Source: Phoronis australis
Taxonomy: Eukaryota; Animalia; Phoronida
DNA: 64,000 bases
Assembly (NCBI GenBank): GCA_002633005.1
Contig: NMRA01000785.1
Coordinates: forward strand, 1 to 64,000
Reading direction: 5' to 3'
The notes below the pieces were generated by a model that did no database searches, was not told the DNA's origin, and was given only the letters and a program-made list of their open reading frames with translations. Below, in pieces: positions 25,932 through 39,110 of the stretch (its first letter is position 1; every line of letters begins with the position of its first letter). The translations under genes and the position numbers were made by a program.

Positions 25932-27774
25932 GTAAGAAATCAAACGTAGCACGATAAGCCGTGACGTGTACATCCCGTCTCAGTCTGTAAACACAGTCAG
26001 GTAAATAAGTAGGCCCTATTAATTTTTATTTAAAGACACGTTGAGTGATTTTAGTCCTTGCTGAACGAAGCCAGATGACTGTTCGATAAGAAAGCTTGGT
26101 TGCCGTAGAATCTGTTCGAGTTGGAAGGAATAAAAGATATCAATGGCCTCCTCAAATGTCCCTCAGATGGTCAACGCGTAGTGATAACAATATGCGTTTA
26201 CTGTTTTAATCAGTGTGAAGCACAGTTCGTTGAAAAGCTTCGTTCTTTACGACCTTACGAGACAGTGGCACTTTCTACCTTTTTATAGTCTTGGTACAAA
26301 GCTGTACACTAAATATATAGCTTTGCGCTGATGTGTGTAAAAAAAAACTGACCAGCTAAAATCTGACTCCAAATCAGTGTAATTTAAAACTACACCCTTC
26401 CTTGAGTAAATTAAATTATTTGTCGGTAGTGGATAAAATGATATTCTATGTTTATTCTGCAGCTAAAGTTTTGGAGCATTCTGATGCGTCAGCTTTCCGC
26501 ACCATGAAATATTTATTGCGTTATTTTTGCGTTTCTTTTTTGCTGATTCTTCAACCAACTGCTGTTCTTTCACAAGTTTCTGTACACGTCACAACAAATT
26601 ATTGGAACTGGTTTCACTTCATTATAAGTTTTTAGAATTTTGTTAATGAAAAGTCAAATTTCAGAAGAAATTTTGCTGCTGGCAAGCTATCATCATCTCC
26701 GAGAGATGTCTCAAAATTTTAGGAAATGGCTCGTGGGCATATCACAAGCGTACTGTTTTCAAAACAACGACATAACTTTTCTTTGTTAGAAAAGGTGGAG
26801 GATTACACAAAAAATTGATGTTTATTAGCTTGTTTAAACGGATGTAACGGGCCAGGTCAGTGTCAGTTGACTCCCAGGTTTTGCATGTACCCCGTCCAGT
26901 CTTTAGCTCTTCATGTACATGTTGACACAAGTTTCATGGCGAGGTGACGAGCAGAACTACCCTGGCTTTTTACAATTTCATGGTTTATGGAAGATTAACA
27001 CATAGTGGTACCTAGCTATATTTTGACGATAGTCTTCATACAGCTAGCTGGCTGGCTAACCTTTTTAATAGCACACACATTTCTGTTATTGGGAATTGTA
27101 AATTCTTGTGAGGGAATCATGAACAGAACAAAAGGCTATTGTTTAAATCAAGTGTGAAATATAACATTTCAAATTTCTTTGAAAATGACTTTTCGCAAAA
27201 ATTACAAGACAACACACAAGAGTAGTACTGGTTTATGACTGGTGACGTGTATTCATGGCTCAGCCGTGTTTTGTCAATGCCCCGTCTCACATTCAATGGA
27301 CAGCACACCATCTAATGACTAGCCAATGGCAACGCTACTAAACAACTTGTGTATCGTCTTGTTCATTCTGAGCGTGTACAGTGCTCCCCTTCCTTCACTC
27401 TGTTAAATCCCAGTGCTTCAAGTGGCATATAACCTGGCCAAGGGTCAGGGCAGGACAATTTATCGAATACTAACAAAAATTTCCAGGTATAAAGTCATCG
27501 ATTTAAACTGAAGTTGGGTTTTCGTGTTCTGCCTGGTGGAATGCATGTCATATGTCTGCTGCTTGTTTAAAGATAATAGCAAGTCTGCTCAATAACTGAT
27601 GGCGATGTTGATTCAGTATGCTCACTCTACATTCTATAAATAGATCGTAGGCTGGCGCTAGATTTTGAAGGTATTAGCCAAAATGGCTAAAGCATCTGAA
27701 AACTTCGAGTCAAATTTTAAAAATTTTTAGCCAAATACTTTCTCGTCTCAGAACCCCTGCAATAGATATAAATA

Positions 27775-28920
27775 CAGTTACATGGACCAAACTATTATTT
27801 ATCATATTATTTACGGGTCGTTTTCATAATGTACTATAAGAAAAGACATTTTCCTTAAGAAAAAGAAACTAACAAACATTCCTAGGTAACAGATAAACAC
27901 TACCAAGCGTTCGACTTCGGCTGTCATGCAGAATAGTGAATATGTAGCTCTTAATATCCCGTGAGGTATTTCCCTAGTCTTTGGCCTAAATCCCATGAGG
28001 ATTCGGAAAAATTTAGGATAAATGGACTCACAACACTAAATTCTATTACTCCTTTAATTATGAAGTGATCTCCACGAAATTTTCAGGAACTGTAGCCAGA
28101 TTACACAAATATGCATCTTCGTTGTTAAATCTGTGCAGAGACTGAAATTACTTGCATTTTAATCATATTACTTGAGAAAATCGCCTCGTAAAAGGCAATT
28201 CATCTTACCATCGCTATCAGCGGAATTGTTGTTGCTTAGGTCGCTTCATTGTACAGACGACACAGTAATATCACTCTGATTGTCCTCAAAAAACTCATTA
28301 TTTCTACCTTCTAGAAAATTGTTTATAAATTGGCTAAACTCTGGATCTATTTCACCTTCTGAATTGTCCATTTTTTCACGTTGTCCATGCTAAAAAAATT
28401 CAAAAACGTCGCTTCAAGCTTTGGGAAAAAATTGTCTATTTACGATTTTTATAACCGCCATTAAAGGAAGTGTTTCATTTTACCATTTCCTTTACTAAAG
28501 AGCACTGTTTGCACTAAAAATAACTATGTGAAAGTGACTCACTGGCAATAAGTATTTTCAGGCGGATACAGGCAGCATGGGATTTAGCGTTCAAGGCTTT
28601 ATCTGGCGGTAAGGGATGAAAAGAGTTAGGTAACAAATTGACATTGTCACTTGCAGACGATGAGCAGCAGTACCTATAGGAGATCTCACTATGAAGTGAG
28701 AAATTGCCATTACCAAGAGCGCTGACCCCCACACAGTTTAACATTTCGTTACACATAAAGAGTGATTTCAGAGGGAATGGCCGTCATGAAATGGAACATT
28801 CGCTTGCTATTTTTAGGATTCTGATTCGAAATAAGAACATCATTTGCCGTGCAACTTGATACGAGGTGTCTGGCAGTTGAAATGTGATTAGGTTTTCCGA
28901 GATTGATTTTTATTATCAAG
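27775..28920 (+). mobile_element. Crypton-like tyrosine recombinase remnant in ZIP7 intron 1
   Basis: The plus frame at about 28520-28800 reads FKALSGGKG*KELGNK..L.DDEQQYL*E..L*SEK.P..RAL..F..H..FRG, resembling the Crypton/DUF3504 recombinase. Boundaries are approximate. Confidence 0.4.
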
Positions 28921-29186
28921 TTGCGGAAGCATTCACCAAGTTGGCAAATGGATTTAACTCCAGTATCGCCAGTGCTGCGCAGAATTCGCCAATTGTAAGC
29001 TGGCTAGTGGCCAGGACAAGCCTACATACCATCCACTTGTCAGCTGGGTGACTACAATGAAGATTCTCCAACTCTGCGCAGTTTCTACGAGCGCTACTGG
29101 CCGCTGCATGGTTTTACTAAAAAATCAATGTCAATATCAATACTCTAAGCTTAAAAATGGCTTGTAAGTCTTAAATTTTTTTTCAG

Positions 29187-29988
29187 AACATGACGACCAT
29201 CATGGCCACGCCCATGATCACGATGGCCACGCCTACGATCACCATGGTCATGCTCATGATCACCACGGACACGCCCATGATCACCATGGACACGCCCATG
29301 ATCACCATGGACACGCCCATGATCACCATGGCCATGCCCACGATCACCACGGCCACGCCCACGATCACCACGGCCACGCCCATGATCACCATGGCCATGA
29401 CCACCATGGCCACGATCACCACGGCCACGCTCATGATCACCACGGTCATGCACATCATGAACCTTCCCATAGAAGTTCAAGGCAAGCCCAACAAGCCAAA
29501 CCAAGTGATGACTCAGGCCCACCTGAGGACAATATGACATCACTGTGGCTAAACGCTCTCTCGTGCACGGCACTAGTCAGCATAGCACCTATATTTATTC
29601 TCCTCTTCATTCCCCTGGAGAACACACGTGAGCACGAGCCTTTTTTGAAGATTCTCCTCAGTTTCGCCTCTGGTGGTCTCCTTGGAGATGCCTTCCTGCA
29701 TCTGATTCCGCATGCCATATCGCCTCACTCTCACGCTGAAGGCGATCACGGTCATTCGCACACTGCCAGCAGCGACCACGGCCACTCTCACGGTGCCGGA
29801 GGTCATGACATGTCCGTTGGCCTGTGGGTTCTCGCTGGTATAGTGGCATTTCTGATAATAGAGAAGTTTGTTAGGTATGTGAAAGGAGGACATTCTCACA
29901 GTCATGGACACTCACACTCAACAGATACGTCAGACAGTTCTGATGTATCTAAGGAACACAAGGAGGAGGAGGGGTCTCCATCGGTCAG
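29187..29988 (+). CDS. SLC39A7: ZIP7 exon 2 (His repeat, TM1-3, His-rich loop)
   Basis: Acceptor TTTTTCAG at 29186; (DHHGHAH)n; [24 protein letters not shown]; [20 protein letters not shown]; phase-2 donor at 29989. Confidence 0.97.
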
Positions 29989-30359
29989 GTAAAGTGTCAA
30001 CTTCAAACTTTTCAAAAATAAGGTCTGTTTGCTTGGTAATCAAAATAATTGAGAATTATCTGCAACATTTAAATATGCACAGTGCTACAGATGAATTCAC
30101 TTATGGCAAATTGTATACCAATCAAATCCAAATCCACCCTTCGCTGACATAGGCCTTTGGTCTTGGATCGAAGTTAGCAGCGTGAGGGAACCGCCCACGA
30201 TATTTTGAAATTAGGCATGAACATGTTAGTTTGTTTTGTCTGTGGATAGTTTTGGTCTTCAGTGTTTTGTGAGCCAACAGGGGTCTTGTAGACACATCAG
30301 TTCCATCTCAGGCAAGGAATAAAAATTTACACATGCTTTCCAGTGAATAGTGGTCAATG

Positions 30360-30995
30360 AACAAGAATGTTGGTATACGCCCTTAGTGTGCATTGCAAAT
30401 GGCAGGTACTAGGGGTGCTCATTGTTTCAAAATTCGTACAATAGGGGTAACACCTGAAAATAAATTGTCTCTGTGTCGCACATCATACCTAAACGATTGA
30501 CGGACCAAAACTAGCTGTCATTTTGAATGTTGTTGAAAATTAAAGCAGCCAAGAAGATGATGGAATCCAAACGAAGATTGGGCATCTATATCTTTGTTCC
30601 AAATTTCATTCAGTTTTTCCTGGTATTTTTTGACATAATCAGCCTGTCTAATTAAAAAGTAAAATGGCCAACAGGGGTGCTACAATAATCAATTTTGTCC
30701 AAAAATTTACTTGTGCAAGCGCATTCTCTGCATACCTCTGTATCGAATTTCATCGTGATCCATCAAGTAGTTTTTGAGATAATTGATGGCTTTTCAAATA
30801 CTAAAATGGCCAACATTTGTTACCACGGTGGCCATATCCTCCTGAAAATTGACTGGTGCTAGCGCATCCCTGCCAAGTACCTCTATATCAAATTTCATCA
30901 TGATCTCCTAAAAAGGTTCTTGAGATAATTGACGTACAAGAAGTGATAACGATGGATGGACTGACCACAATATTTTTTTATGGGAGCGGACAAAT
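30360..30995 (+). mobile_element. Helentron-associated (HINE/DINE-like) non-autonomous element
   Basis: Starts AACAAG and contains about 150-bp imperfect tandem units (AAATTTCATC..TTTTGAGATAATTGA, AAAATGGCCAAC), followed by a GATG/GACT microsatellite near the end. Confidence 0.55.
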
Positions 30996-31952
30996 TTCAT
31001 GTGAGGTCACAACTCATGTCTGTTACCAGAAACTTGCTCTTCTAAGACACCTGAGAGCAATACTTTAGACAGCCTCTAGGTGTCTCTGTCCGCCAGGTGT
31101 CTGCTACGCCAATAAGATTTTTTTCAATGCCATTAGTCAAAGAATCTCAGTGTTTCCACTATGTCTTTAGGCTGCCACACCAAGTGAATATTGGAACTTG
31201 TCTATCTAACTCATAGTTTTTATTAAAACAAGATGTGTTAACACTAGTTTAGTGTTGCTGTTATTTTCACTCTAATGTGGCTGTACAATGTGTGCCTGCA
31301 TTCATGTTGCCCATGACTTAAGTAATTGAATAAAGTACATGTTGTACACAGTACACCAGCAGCATGAGCTTGTCTTGTTTTTGGAAAATTCCGGGTATAC
31401 GCCGAGTGAATATTAGGTGAGTTTAGAGTTGTTTTTTTCAAAGAGGTATCGAGATCATGTTTAGCTGAAAATACCCACCTGTCACCACTTACGGGCAAAG
31501 CACACCACCCCATTTTAAAAAACTGACTAGCTTCAAGAAGGACTACATGTAATTTAAATTTCCTTCAGAAGACAGCCACCCAGTAATTTTTAGTTCAACT
31601 GCTGTCCCCCCATTCAGATTTTGCTGGAACAGCCCTGTGTAACTACAGATTAAAAGTATTTGCAATGGGAAGTCTTAAATTCAATGCCACTGAAGTTGTC
31701 ACCAGGGTCACTGCATTTGGCAACAACAGGGGCTCACTTGTTAATATTTGTTGCTATTTTGTTTTTATTTATTTTAGCATCGAAAGCAATCTGTCTCATT
31801 TTACATTACTCTGAACAGGTATATATTTTGTCTAAACGTGTTCGGTACACAGATTGCGATGGATTTTTAGGTTTACATGTGTCTATCGTGTTCTAAATTC
31901 AGGGATTACATTTGTGACTATGCTATGCATTCAAAGGAGTTTCTTGTTTTAG

Positions 31953-32053
31953 GAAAAGAAAATCTTCAGAAAAAGAGGAAGAAACAAAAGAAAAAAGTGC
32001 TGAGAAGCCGAGTGAAGGCAAGCCAACAAATGTAAAGGAGTCTCAGGAGAAAG
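31953..32053 (+). CDS. SLC39A7: ZIP7 exon 3 (charged cytosolic loop)
   Basis: Acceptor TTTTAG at 31952; RKRKSSEKEEETKEK..SQEK; phases 2 and 1 match the flanking exons. Confidence 0.85.
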
Positions 32054-32441
32054 GTAGAGCAATGAAGAGCTGATGTGCTTGTTTGTGTAATTTTATGATG
32101 AAAGACTTTTAGCTGCCAACTGTTAAAGTCAGGGTTGGAAAACTGTCAGTTTCGGAAATGTTAGACACTTAACCACATAATGATGTCAAGCAGACTTTCG
32201 TCACAGGGTATTTAACTACTGGTTCGCACAACAAAACTGTCAAAGTTATGTAGTTTTTTGTTTGAAAACTGTCATAAGGCTGTCTAGCAGTGAACGATTT
32301 ATGTGCACTTAATAAGAACATGAACTTTGCCTCTCAAAAACTAGAATACATTTCAAATGCAAATGTGCCTGTATTGGTTGATTACGATTGTACTTTAGGA
32401 CAGGCCTTTGATATAAAGAAAAAATTCTCGTCTCTCCATAG

Positions 32442-32647
32442 GGGGCAGCGACATCAAAGTAGCTGGATATCTCAACCTTGTAGCAGACTTCTCGCACAAT
32501 TTCACCGATGGTCTCGCCATCGGAGCGTCATTCCTGGCTGGTCACAGTATAGGTGTAATCACAACAATTACCATTCTGTTACATGAAGTACCTCACGAGA
32601 TCGGTGACTTTGCTCTCTTAGTACAGGCTGGATGCTCAAAGAGAAAG
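32442..32647 (+). CDS. SLC39A7: ZIP7 exon 4 (TM4-5, metal-binding motifs)
   Basis: [44 protein letters not shown], containing the LIV-1 HEXPHEXGD motif; phase-0 donor at 32648. Confidence 0.97.
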
Positions 32648-33319
32648 GTAACCTCTCTTCTGCTTGCCTCAAAGTCTTCAGTCAATATGTTAAGTTTATT
32701 GTTGTGACACTGCACTAAATGGCTACCATACATGGTCGTACAAGGGCCTATGTGGCTGACTCAATGTGAATTTGGATCTGTATCCCAAATGAGGTGAGCG
32801 CGCCTCAAAACTCTTAATGGATGTAAAGAGAAAAATTTGACAAAAAACCTGCTGTGCTGCTAAACTAAACGGATGTCCTAGCAACAGATGTAAGAAACAC
32901 AGCAGCTACTGGTTTTGGAACATGCACAGTTGCAAGGGATGGCCTGCACCAAGCACATGCACTTTTGTGTGGAATGTATAATTTGGGATGTAGGAACATA
33001 GGCCTAAACACTCGACACGACAGACCAATTTGAGTTATCAAAGTTCATTCTGGATTAGTTGATTTTTTTTCTCAAACTAATAATGGGTACATCTTAGAAT
33101 ATAGATGCTGAAGAGAAAACATCATGTGAACATAACATCATGGTTGTAATAGATAGGTTCTCATTGTGGATGTAGTCCCATGCACTTTAAATACGCATAT
33201 GTTGTTCCTGTGAACATCATGAACTCAGTCAAATAAATTTAATGCATTCTTTGAGCTGAGCAATTGTAATGAGAGGAGGATTCACTAGGTGGAGCTACTG
33301 AATATGCGCCCACATATTA

Positions 33320-36203
33320 GAAGAATTCTAAGTGCATACTATCATCCGCTCTTTGTGGTCGTCTTGGGTATGTGGCTGTATCTCCTAAACCCTTGCAGGA
33401 TGTTATTGCATTTTGGCAGGTGTGTTCCCATGTGGCTTACGGCAGATAACGACAAGTTTTGGACCGATCTAAGTACGACTGTGCCACCTAGTCGCAATTT
33501 TAGTTTTTACATTTGCCTCTGTATCTTCGGAGTTCGTAGTTGGATTTTCACGAATATTGCCAAATAGGATTTAATAAGAGACAATGGTGCCACTCCATTT
33601 TTGGATGGACTCGACGGATTTTAGCCCTAACAGTCCACAACTGACATTGACTTAGGGATGTGTCTGACTACGGTATCGCCCCATTGTGGTGATTTTGTTT
33701 TATTCGTCTGCATTCAAATCTTAACCCTTTTAAAGGAGCTTCGTGAAAGTTGAGCATTCCCATGGAGTAGTCAATAAATGGTAACAAGCATCAAACTAAT
33801 CCAAATACCAATGTGCCCCCTAGTGGCAAAATGTTTTTTTTTACGTTTACCTCTGTATCTTCAGATTTCATTGATGTAATTTCATGAATTTCGGCTAATA
33901 GGTAGGTTTCTATTAAGGAGATGACCACGCTTTCCAATTTTCTGAGCTTTGATGCTGTCTTTGATACCAGGTGGATATCGTTGCTGTTTTTGCATCTTTC
34001 TGGCGTCCTTCTCCCTATCTGCCATACCGCTTCGTTTTGAAAACATACAGATGTTTTCCTGATGAGGAGGTCACGGCTGACATTGACTTTTGGATGGGTA
34101 AGACTGCTGTTTCGCCCCTTTAAAGGCGATTTTGTTTTTTTGCATCCCTGGACAAACCTCCTTAGCTAATTGAATGTTTGTGCAATTTAAGAGATGTATT
34201 CCCATATTGCCATCAATAAACTAATCCAAGTACCACTGTGCATACTTGGGGCAAAATTTTTTTTTTTTACATTTCCGTCTGTATCTTGTGATTACATTAT
34301 TGAGATTTCTTGAAATTCGACAAGTTTTCTATTAAAGAGACCACAATGCCTTCCCATTTTCGGACGGTGTTGATGTATTCTGCGCTACCTGGTGGTCATT
34401 TTTTTACATCTGTTTTATGGCGTCCAGCTCCTTATCTTCCTACCGCTGAAAGGATAATTATTATTAATTACAGATTTGTTTGTGATGAAAAGGCCATGAC
34501 TGACGTTGACTTTCAGATGGGTTAGACTGCTGTGTTGCCCCTAGTGGCGATTTATTTTTTTTTGCTTCGGCGACCGAATCTCCTTGGCCATTTCAAGGAG
34601 CTTGTGAAATTTCAAAGATACATTCCTATGGAGCCATCGACTAATGGTAACAGGTGTCTAACTGATCCAAATACCGCTGTTCCCCCTTGTGGCAAAATTT
34701 GCCTCAGTCTGTATCGTTGGATTTCACTATTGTATTTTCTTGAAATTTGGCAAAAACGTTTTCTATTAAGGAGACGACAACGCCTTCCCATTTGATCTTT
34801 TCTGGCCCACCTGGTGGCCATTATGTTGTTTTTGTCTCTGTTTTATGGTGTCCACGTCCCAATCTGCCATACCACTCAAAAGAACATTACAAAAATTTAC
34901 AGATATGTTCCTTACGAGAAGGCCATGAGTGACGTTGACTTTAGGACTGGTCTGACTACTGTGTCCACCACTATGGTGATATTGTTTTAGCGTACGCTCC
35001 TTAACCCTTTGAAGGAGCTTCGTGAAATTTGAAAGGTGTGTTCTATGGCGCCACCCAAAAATGGTAACATATGTCGAGGTAATCCCAATTCCATTGTGCC
35101 CCCTAGAAGCAAATTGTTTTGCCTCTTATCTTTGGATTTCCTACTAGGATTTTCTGAAAGCCCATGGGCATGTATTCGGAAAATGAAATTTTGAGGCGTT
35201 TTAGTAACACCAATTAAATGCCCGGGCGTTTACAATGTATTTGGAACAGGGACATGTAAGCGGAAAGCCATGGTTTTGCTGACTTTAACATTTTTGATTT
35301 AAAACTGTGTTTTAAAATTTTATATTAATAAATGCATAGTTCCCCAACATTTTGCTCATTTTTATTAATGATAAATGTTTCGTGAAATTGAATTTGTAAT
35401 TAAAAGTTAACTGGGAGTGGGCTTTTAAGATGAAATTTTCTGAATAAACAACCCACTTTCTGGACACTTGACACAAGAAGTTGTAACACCAAAAAATGCC
35501 CATGGGCATTCATATGGCATAATTAAATGCCCATGGGCGTTTAATTAGGTGGGCTTATCTACGGAAAATCCTGGTAAATGTAATTTCATGAAGTTTGTAA
35601 AATAGGTTTCTATTAAGGAGACGACAATGCCTTCCCCTTTTTCACAGATATGATGTTTTCTGCACTACCTGGTGACCATTAAAAAAATTCTGTGTATGTT
35701 TTTGATGTCTGCCTCTGTATCTGCCAATCCACTCGAAGGACGACTATGAAAATAGACGGTTGTGTTCCTGATGCGAAGACCCCTGCTGGCTTTTTTTTGG
35801 AAGTTTTTGGCTGTTATGGTGACCCTTAGTGGCAATTTGTTTGCATTTACAGATGTATCTCCTTAACCGTTTGAGAGATCTCTGAGAAATTTGGCTGATG
35901 AGCTCCTATAGAGATGGCAGCAGATGTCAATGAGTTTCAGACGAATCGGACTGTAGCCATTTCCCCTAGTGTCAATAGTTTTTTCCAAGTTTTGCCATTA
36001 CACGTTAGTAGTTTCTTGGCTTGTTTTCATGAACTTTACAAATAGTTGTGTATTACCGAGACGATGCCACCTTCTCATTTTGGATGGGTTTGATGTATTC
36101 TGCACCATCCAGTGGCCGTTTTTATGATACTAAAAAAACCCACAGAAGCAGACCATTTGCGGTGCTATCGTGGGTGCTTTTCAATGCTCCGCGTTGCTTT
36201 GTT
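33320..36203 (-). repeat. Helentron-type element with a diverged ~420-440-bp tandem array in ZIP7 intron 4
   Basis: An anchor resembling CTATTAAGGAGAC recurs at about 33571, 33910, 34328, 34763, 35610 and 36050. An AACAAAG start with a hairpin-like segment lies on the minus strand at about 36160-36203. Confidence 0.75.
35144..35574. mobile_element. Tc1/mariner-pogo-type MITE inserted in the satellite
   Basis: TIRs C(T/C)AGGATTTTC with TA on both sides (35142-35143 and 35575-35576); removing it restores the satellite period. Confidence 0.7.
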
Positions 36204-36706
36204 CGTATGGCAGGGATATTCTTGGACGGCACCTTTGCGCCATTAGCACAAGGCACAAGTACATTGCAGTGGTGCGCCTCCCTTGACGAATCTTTTAGAA
36301 TGCAACATTTCCAAGAATTCAAGATTCTAGCCAACTTACAGCTGGTAGGGTAAAACATGACTGTTCTTATTTCGATTGTGCTTGGGGTTTTTTATGTTAC
36401 CACTTTATAATTACACTAAGTCTGCTGCGCACAACTTTTTGAAAAAAGGCACACTTTTTATCATTGGGTGCACCCAAAAGGGCACAGGTTCAAACCTGGT
36501 CGGGAACATCCCAGGTATCTTAATTGACTAACGCAAACTTAAGCTGTTTGTTTGTGTGGAGCCTTGTTGGTATGAAGGCCATACTCGATTACTTAAATGC
36601 ATACATTTATATTGCTTCACCTGTTGTTTCTTACAAAATGCCAAACTCTTCACTGTACAATACACGTGACTCTCCAGCATTAAGGTAAAACCTTTCCTCT
36701 CTACAG

Positions 36707-36958
36707 GCGATGATGCTGCAGTTTTCTACCGCCATCGGCGCCATGTCTGGCACCATCTGCAGCCTGCTTGCTGAGGGGATCGGTGACGTGGCCACTGCTT
36801 GGATCCTGCCTTTTACTGCTGGTGGGTTCATCTACATCGCCACGGTGTCCGTCATCCCAGAACTGCTGCAGGATACCCGTCTCTGGCAGTCAGTGAAGGA
36901 GATCGTGGCGCTGCTAACTGGCGTCTATATGATGGTGTTGATCGCGCAGTATGAGTAA
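36707..36958 (+). CDS. SLC39A7: ZIP7 exon 5 (TM6-8, stop)
   Basis: Acceptor CTACAG at 36706; [40 protein letters not shown]-stop. The five exons total 1530 nt, giving 509 aa. Confidence 0.97.
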   Translation, partial: AMMLQFSTAIGAMSGTICSLLAEGIGDVATAWILPFTAGGFIYIATVSVIPELLQDTRLWQSVKEIVALLTGVYMMVLIAQYE

Positions 36959-39110
36959 TGGATCTTGAAGGGAAGTCTAGTGCAATGATCAATGTGTTGA
37001 CTGACAGGATTAATAACTCTCATTGGGGGTAGTGGTTGGATGTGCTGCAAGTATTCTCATAACTTGAACTCACTCTTTTGAAGACGTTTGCGTGTCCATG
37101 GTTCATGTTCAAAGTCTCGTCTTCTGATAGGAGCTTGCCCATTTAGTTGGAAATATGTCATATTTTAAAAAATGCCCTCATTTCACAAACCCGTACATTC
37201 TAAGTTGTCCAGGTTAGTATTAGCTTACCCATATGTTTCGAGTCTAAAATGTTGTTAAAATATCACATCAATAAGAAAATATCGATAAGAGGTGTGTGTC
37301 ATGAAAAGTGAATTAAGACTTAAGGCACAAACTGCATGTTACGCTCCATATAACTATTTCTGAAAAATAACGCAAACTAAACTTAGCAAAAGAGCAAAGT
37401 ATATGAGAATATAACCATAACTGTTGATTACTGAGAAAATTTGTACAAATCATTTCCAGGCACCCATGAACTGGTAATGTTTAATACTTAACGGAACGTT
37501 TATTCAGTGATCGTGAAGCGGAAACAAAGGCCCAAACTTGTGTCTCAAGTCTGAAGTCACTTTTTAACGAACCACTGAGATCATATCTGTAATCATCACT
37601 TATGAAGCCACTAGTTTAACGATTACTGCATCCAGTAGGAGTTGGATTGTGTTTTGGTAATCATGTCGAAAGTGTTTGATCCTGAGATCTCATGCTAACT
37701 GATGTGATAACATCTAGGCAGCCATGACAGCCCTGGCATTAAGTGACCGTTTACAAAAAATCATGTTCTTGCTTTTAAGTTTAAATGGCATCGCACCTTG
37801 CGCTGTCAGTGTGGTTAAAATTGTTTAGGAAATAACTTATTTTCAGAGAAGACATTTGTTATTGTTTTTCATTTGTTTTTTTTTTTTTGAAAACTGTTTT
37901 AGCTAGTTGTCCTGGAGTTAGTTGCTGTGATGTGCTAGAAACAGAGATGTGACTGTTAACACAGATGTTATCAACATTGATGTATCTTATCTGTAAAAAA
38001 TCATTCCCTTACTTGACAGGTTTTGATTGGCTAGTCCTAAACTGAAGCTTTAAATGGAAATGGATGGTTTTGGATGTTAGGTGTAGTAAAAATGCATATC
38101 CCTGGTTATCTTGTAGAGGTATTTGTGCACTGTGCCCTTAAGGAGTGTCTTCTGTACATGGAACAATGGAAAATGACGTAAGTGACGTGACAAGTGTCCT
38201 GCAACTTGAGTGTGAATTCACTTCTATTGAACAGTCACTAATGACTTGCACTGACTGTAAAATATGGATTGGAATAGCTGGTCAGTGGAAGTGAACACAG
38301 AACCAAAAGGGTATTTATTGTTGACCCTTTTACATCACATTTTGTTGGTGTTCCGATTGTTGAATTCATTCCTGTGAAACAGTGATTAACCAGCGATATG
38401 TAGCCTTGCTAAATTTAACCGTTGGTTGTTTTCTCCAAATGTATTCAGCAACATTTTTTGTTTGCCTATGGTTAACATTACTGTATGTTGATACAGTGCT
38501 GTTCAGTCTTCGAGAGGTGGTAGTGTCTACTTAAATGTCTTAGAAATTGTGTCTCCAAAATTACCTGGTCAAAAATGTCCATGTCTTAAGTTTAAGTCAG
38601 ACGGAAGCAAACTTGGTTCCAGTCTTCGGCCAGACTAATTGTGAGACACTGCCTCATCAATGGCAGCCAAGGTCTCCGTTTTTTGTAAAGATAGCCAGAG
38701 GCACATTAGCAAGGTTTAGAACGTCATTTAGAGATTAGCAAAAGGGTGTTGCATCATTTGTCTTCATTCAGAGTGGATTTCTAATATTTTTGAAGTATAT
38801 GGCAATTGAAATGCAAAATAGGGAATCGCAGTCTAAGAAACAGATGAGCTACAACAATTATACATTCTTTCTAATGTTGAGTTGGGAATGTTTCAACCCC
38901 CACCCGCTCTCCTTGGGGAATAATGTTCTCTGGTGTCTGGTTTCATTAACCTCATGGGATCACCAGATTTGCCAAAATTCTGCCCGTAGTTCTGAACATA
39001 AGAGTAATCAGCCAGCATTTGTAGTCAGAATTGCGCTGTTTGGATATCACCGCATTACTTGACTGTTGTTCCTTAATTTCACCATCTCCTTGTCTGCTTT
39101 CTGTGATCTA

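Larger units (their letters stand above)
23849..26028. repeat. Tandem duplication of the ZIP7 promoter and exon 1 across an N (probable haplotype duplication)
   Basis: 23849-24932 is repeated at 24934-26028, with a single N at 24933; copies differ by SNPs and small indels. Confidence 0.9.

Noticed and set aside
29151-29573. Overlapping repetitive ORFs (MTTIMAT.., GDHGRG.., VIMGV..)
   Set aside because: Shadow frames of the ZIP7 His repeat.
33400-36130. CRISPR-like repeat array
   Set aside because: Whole ~430-bp units are homologous, with no unique spacers and no cas genes; the context is a eukaryotic intron.
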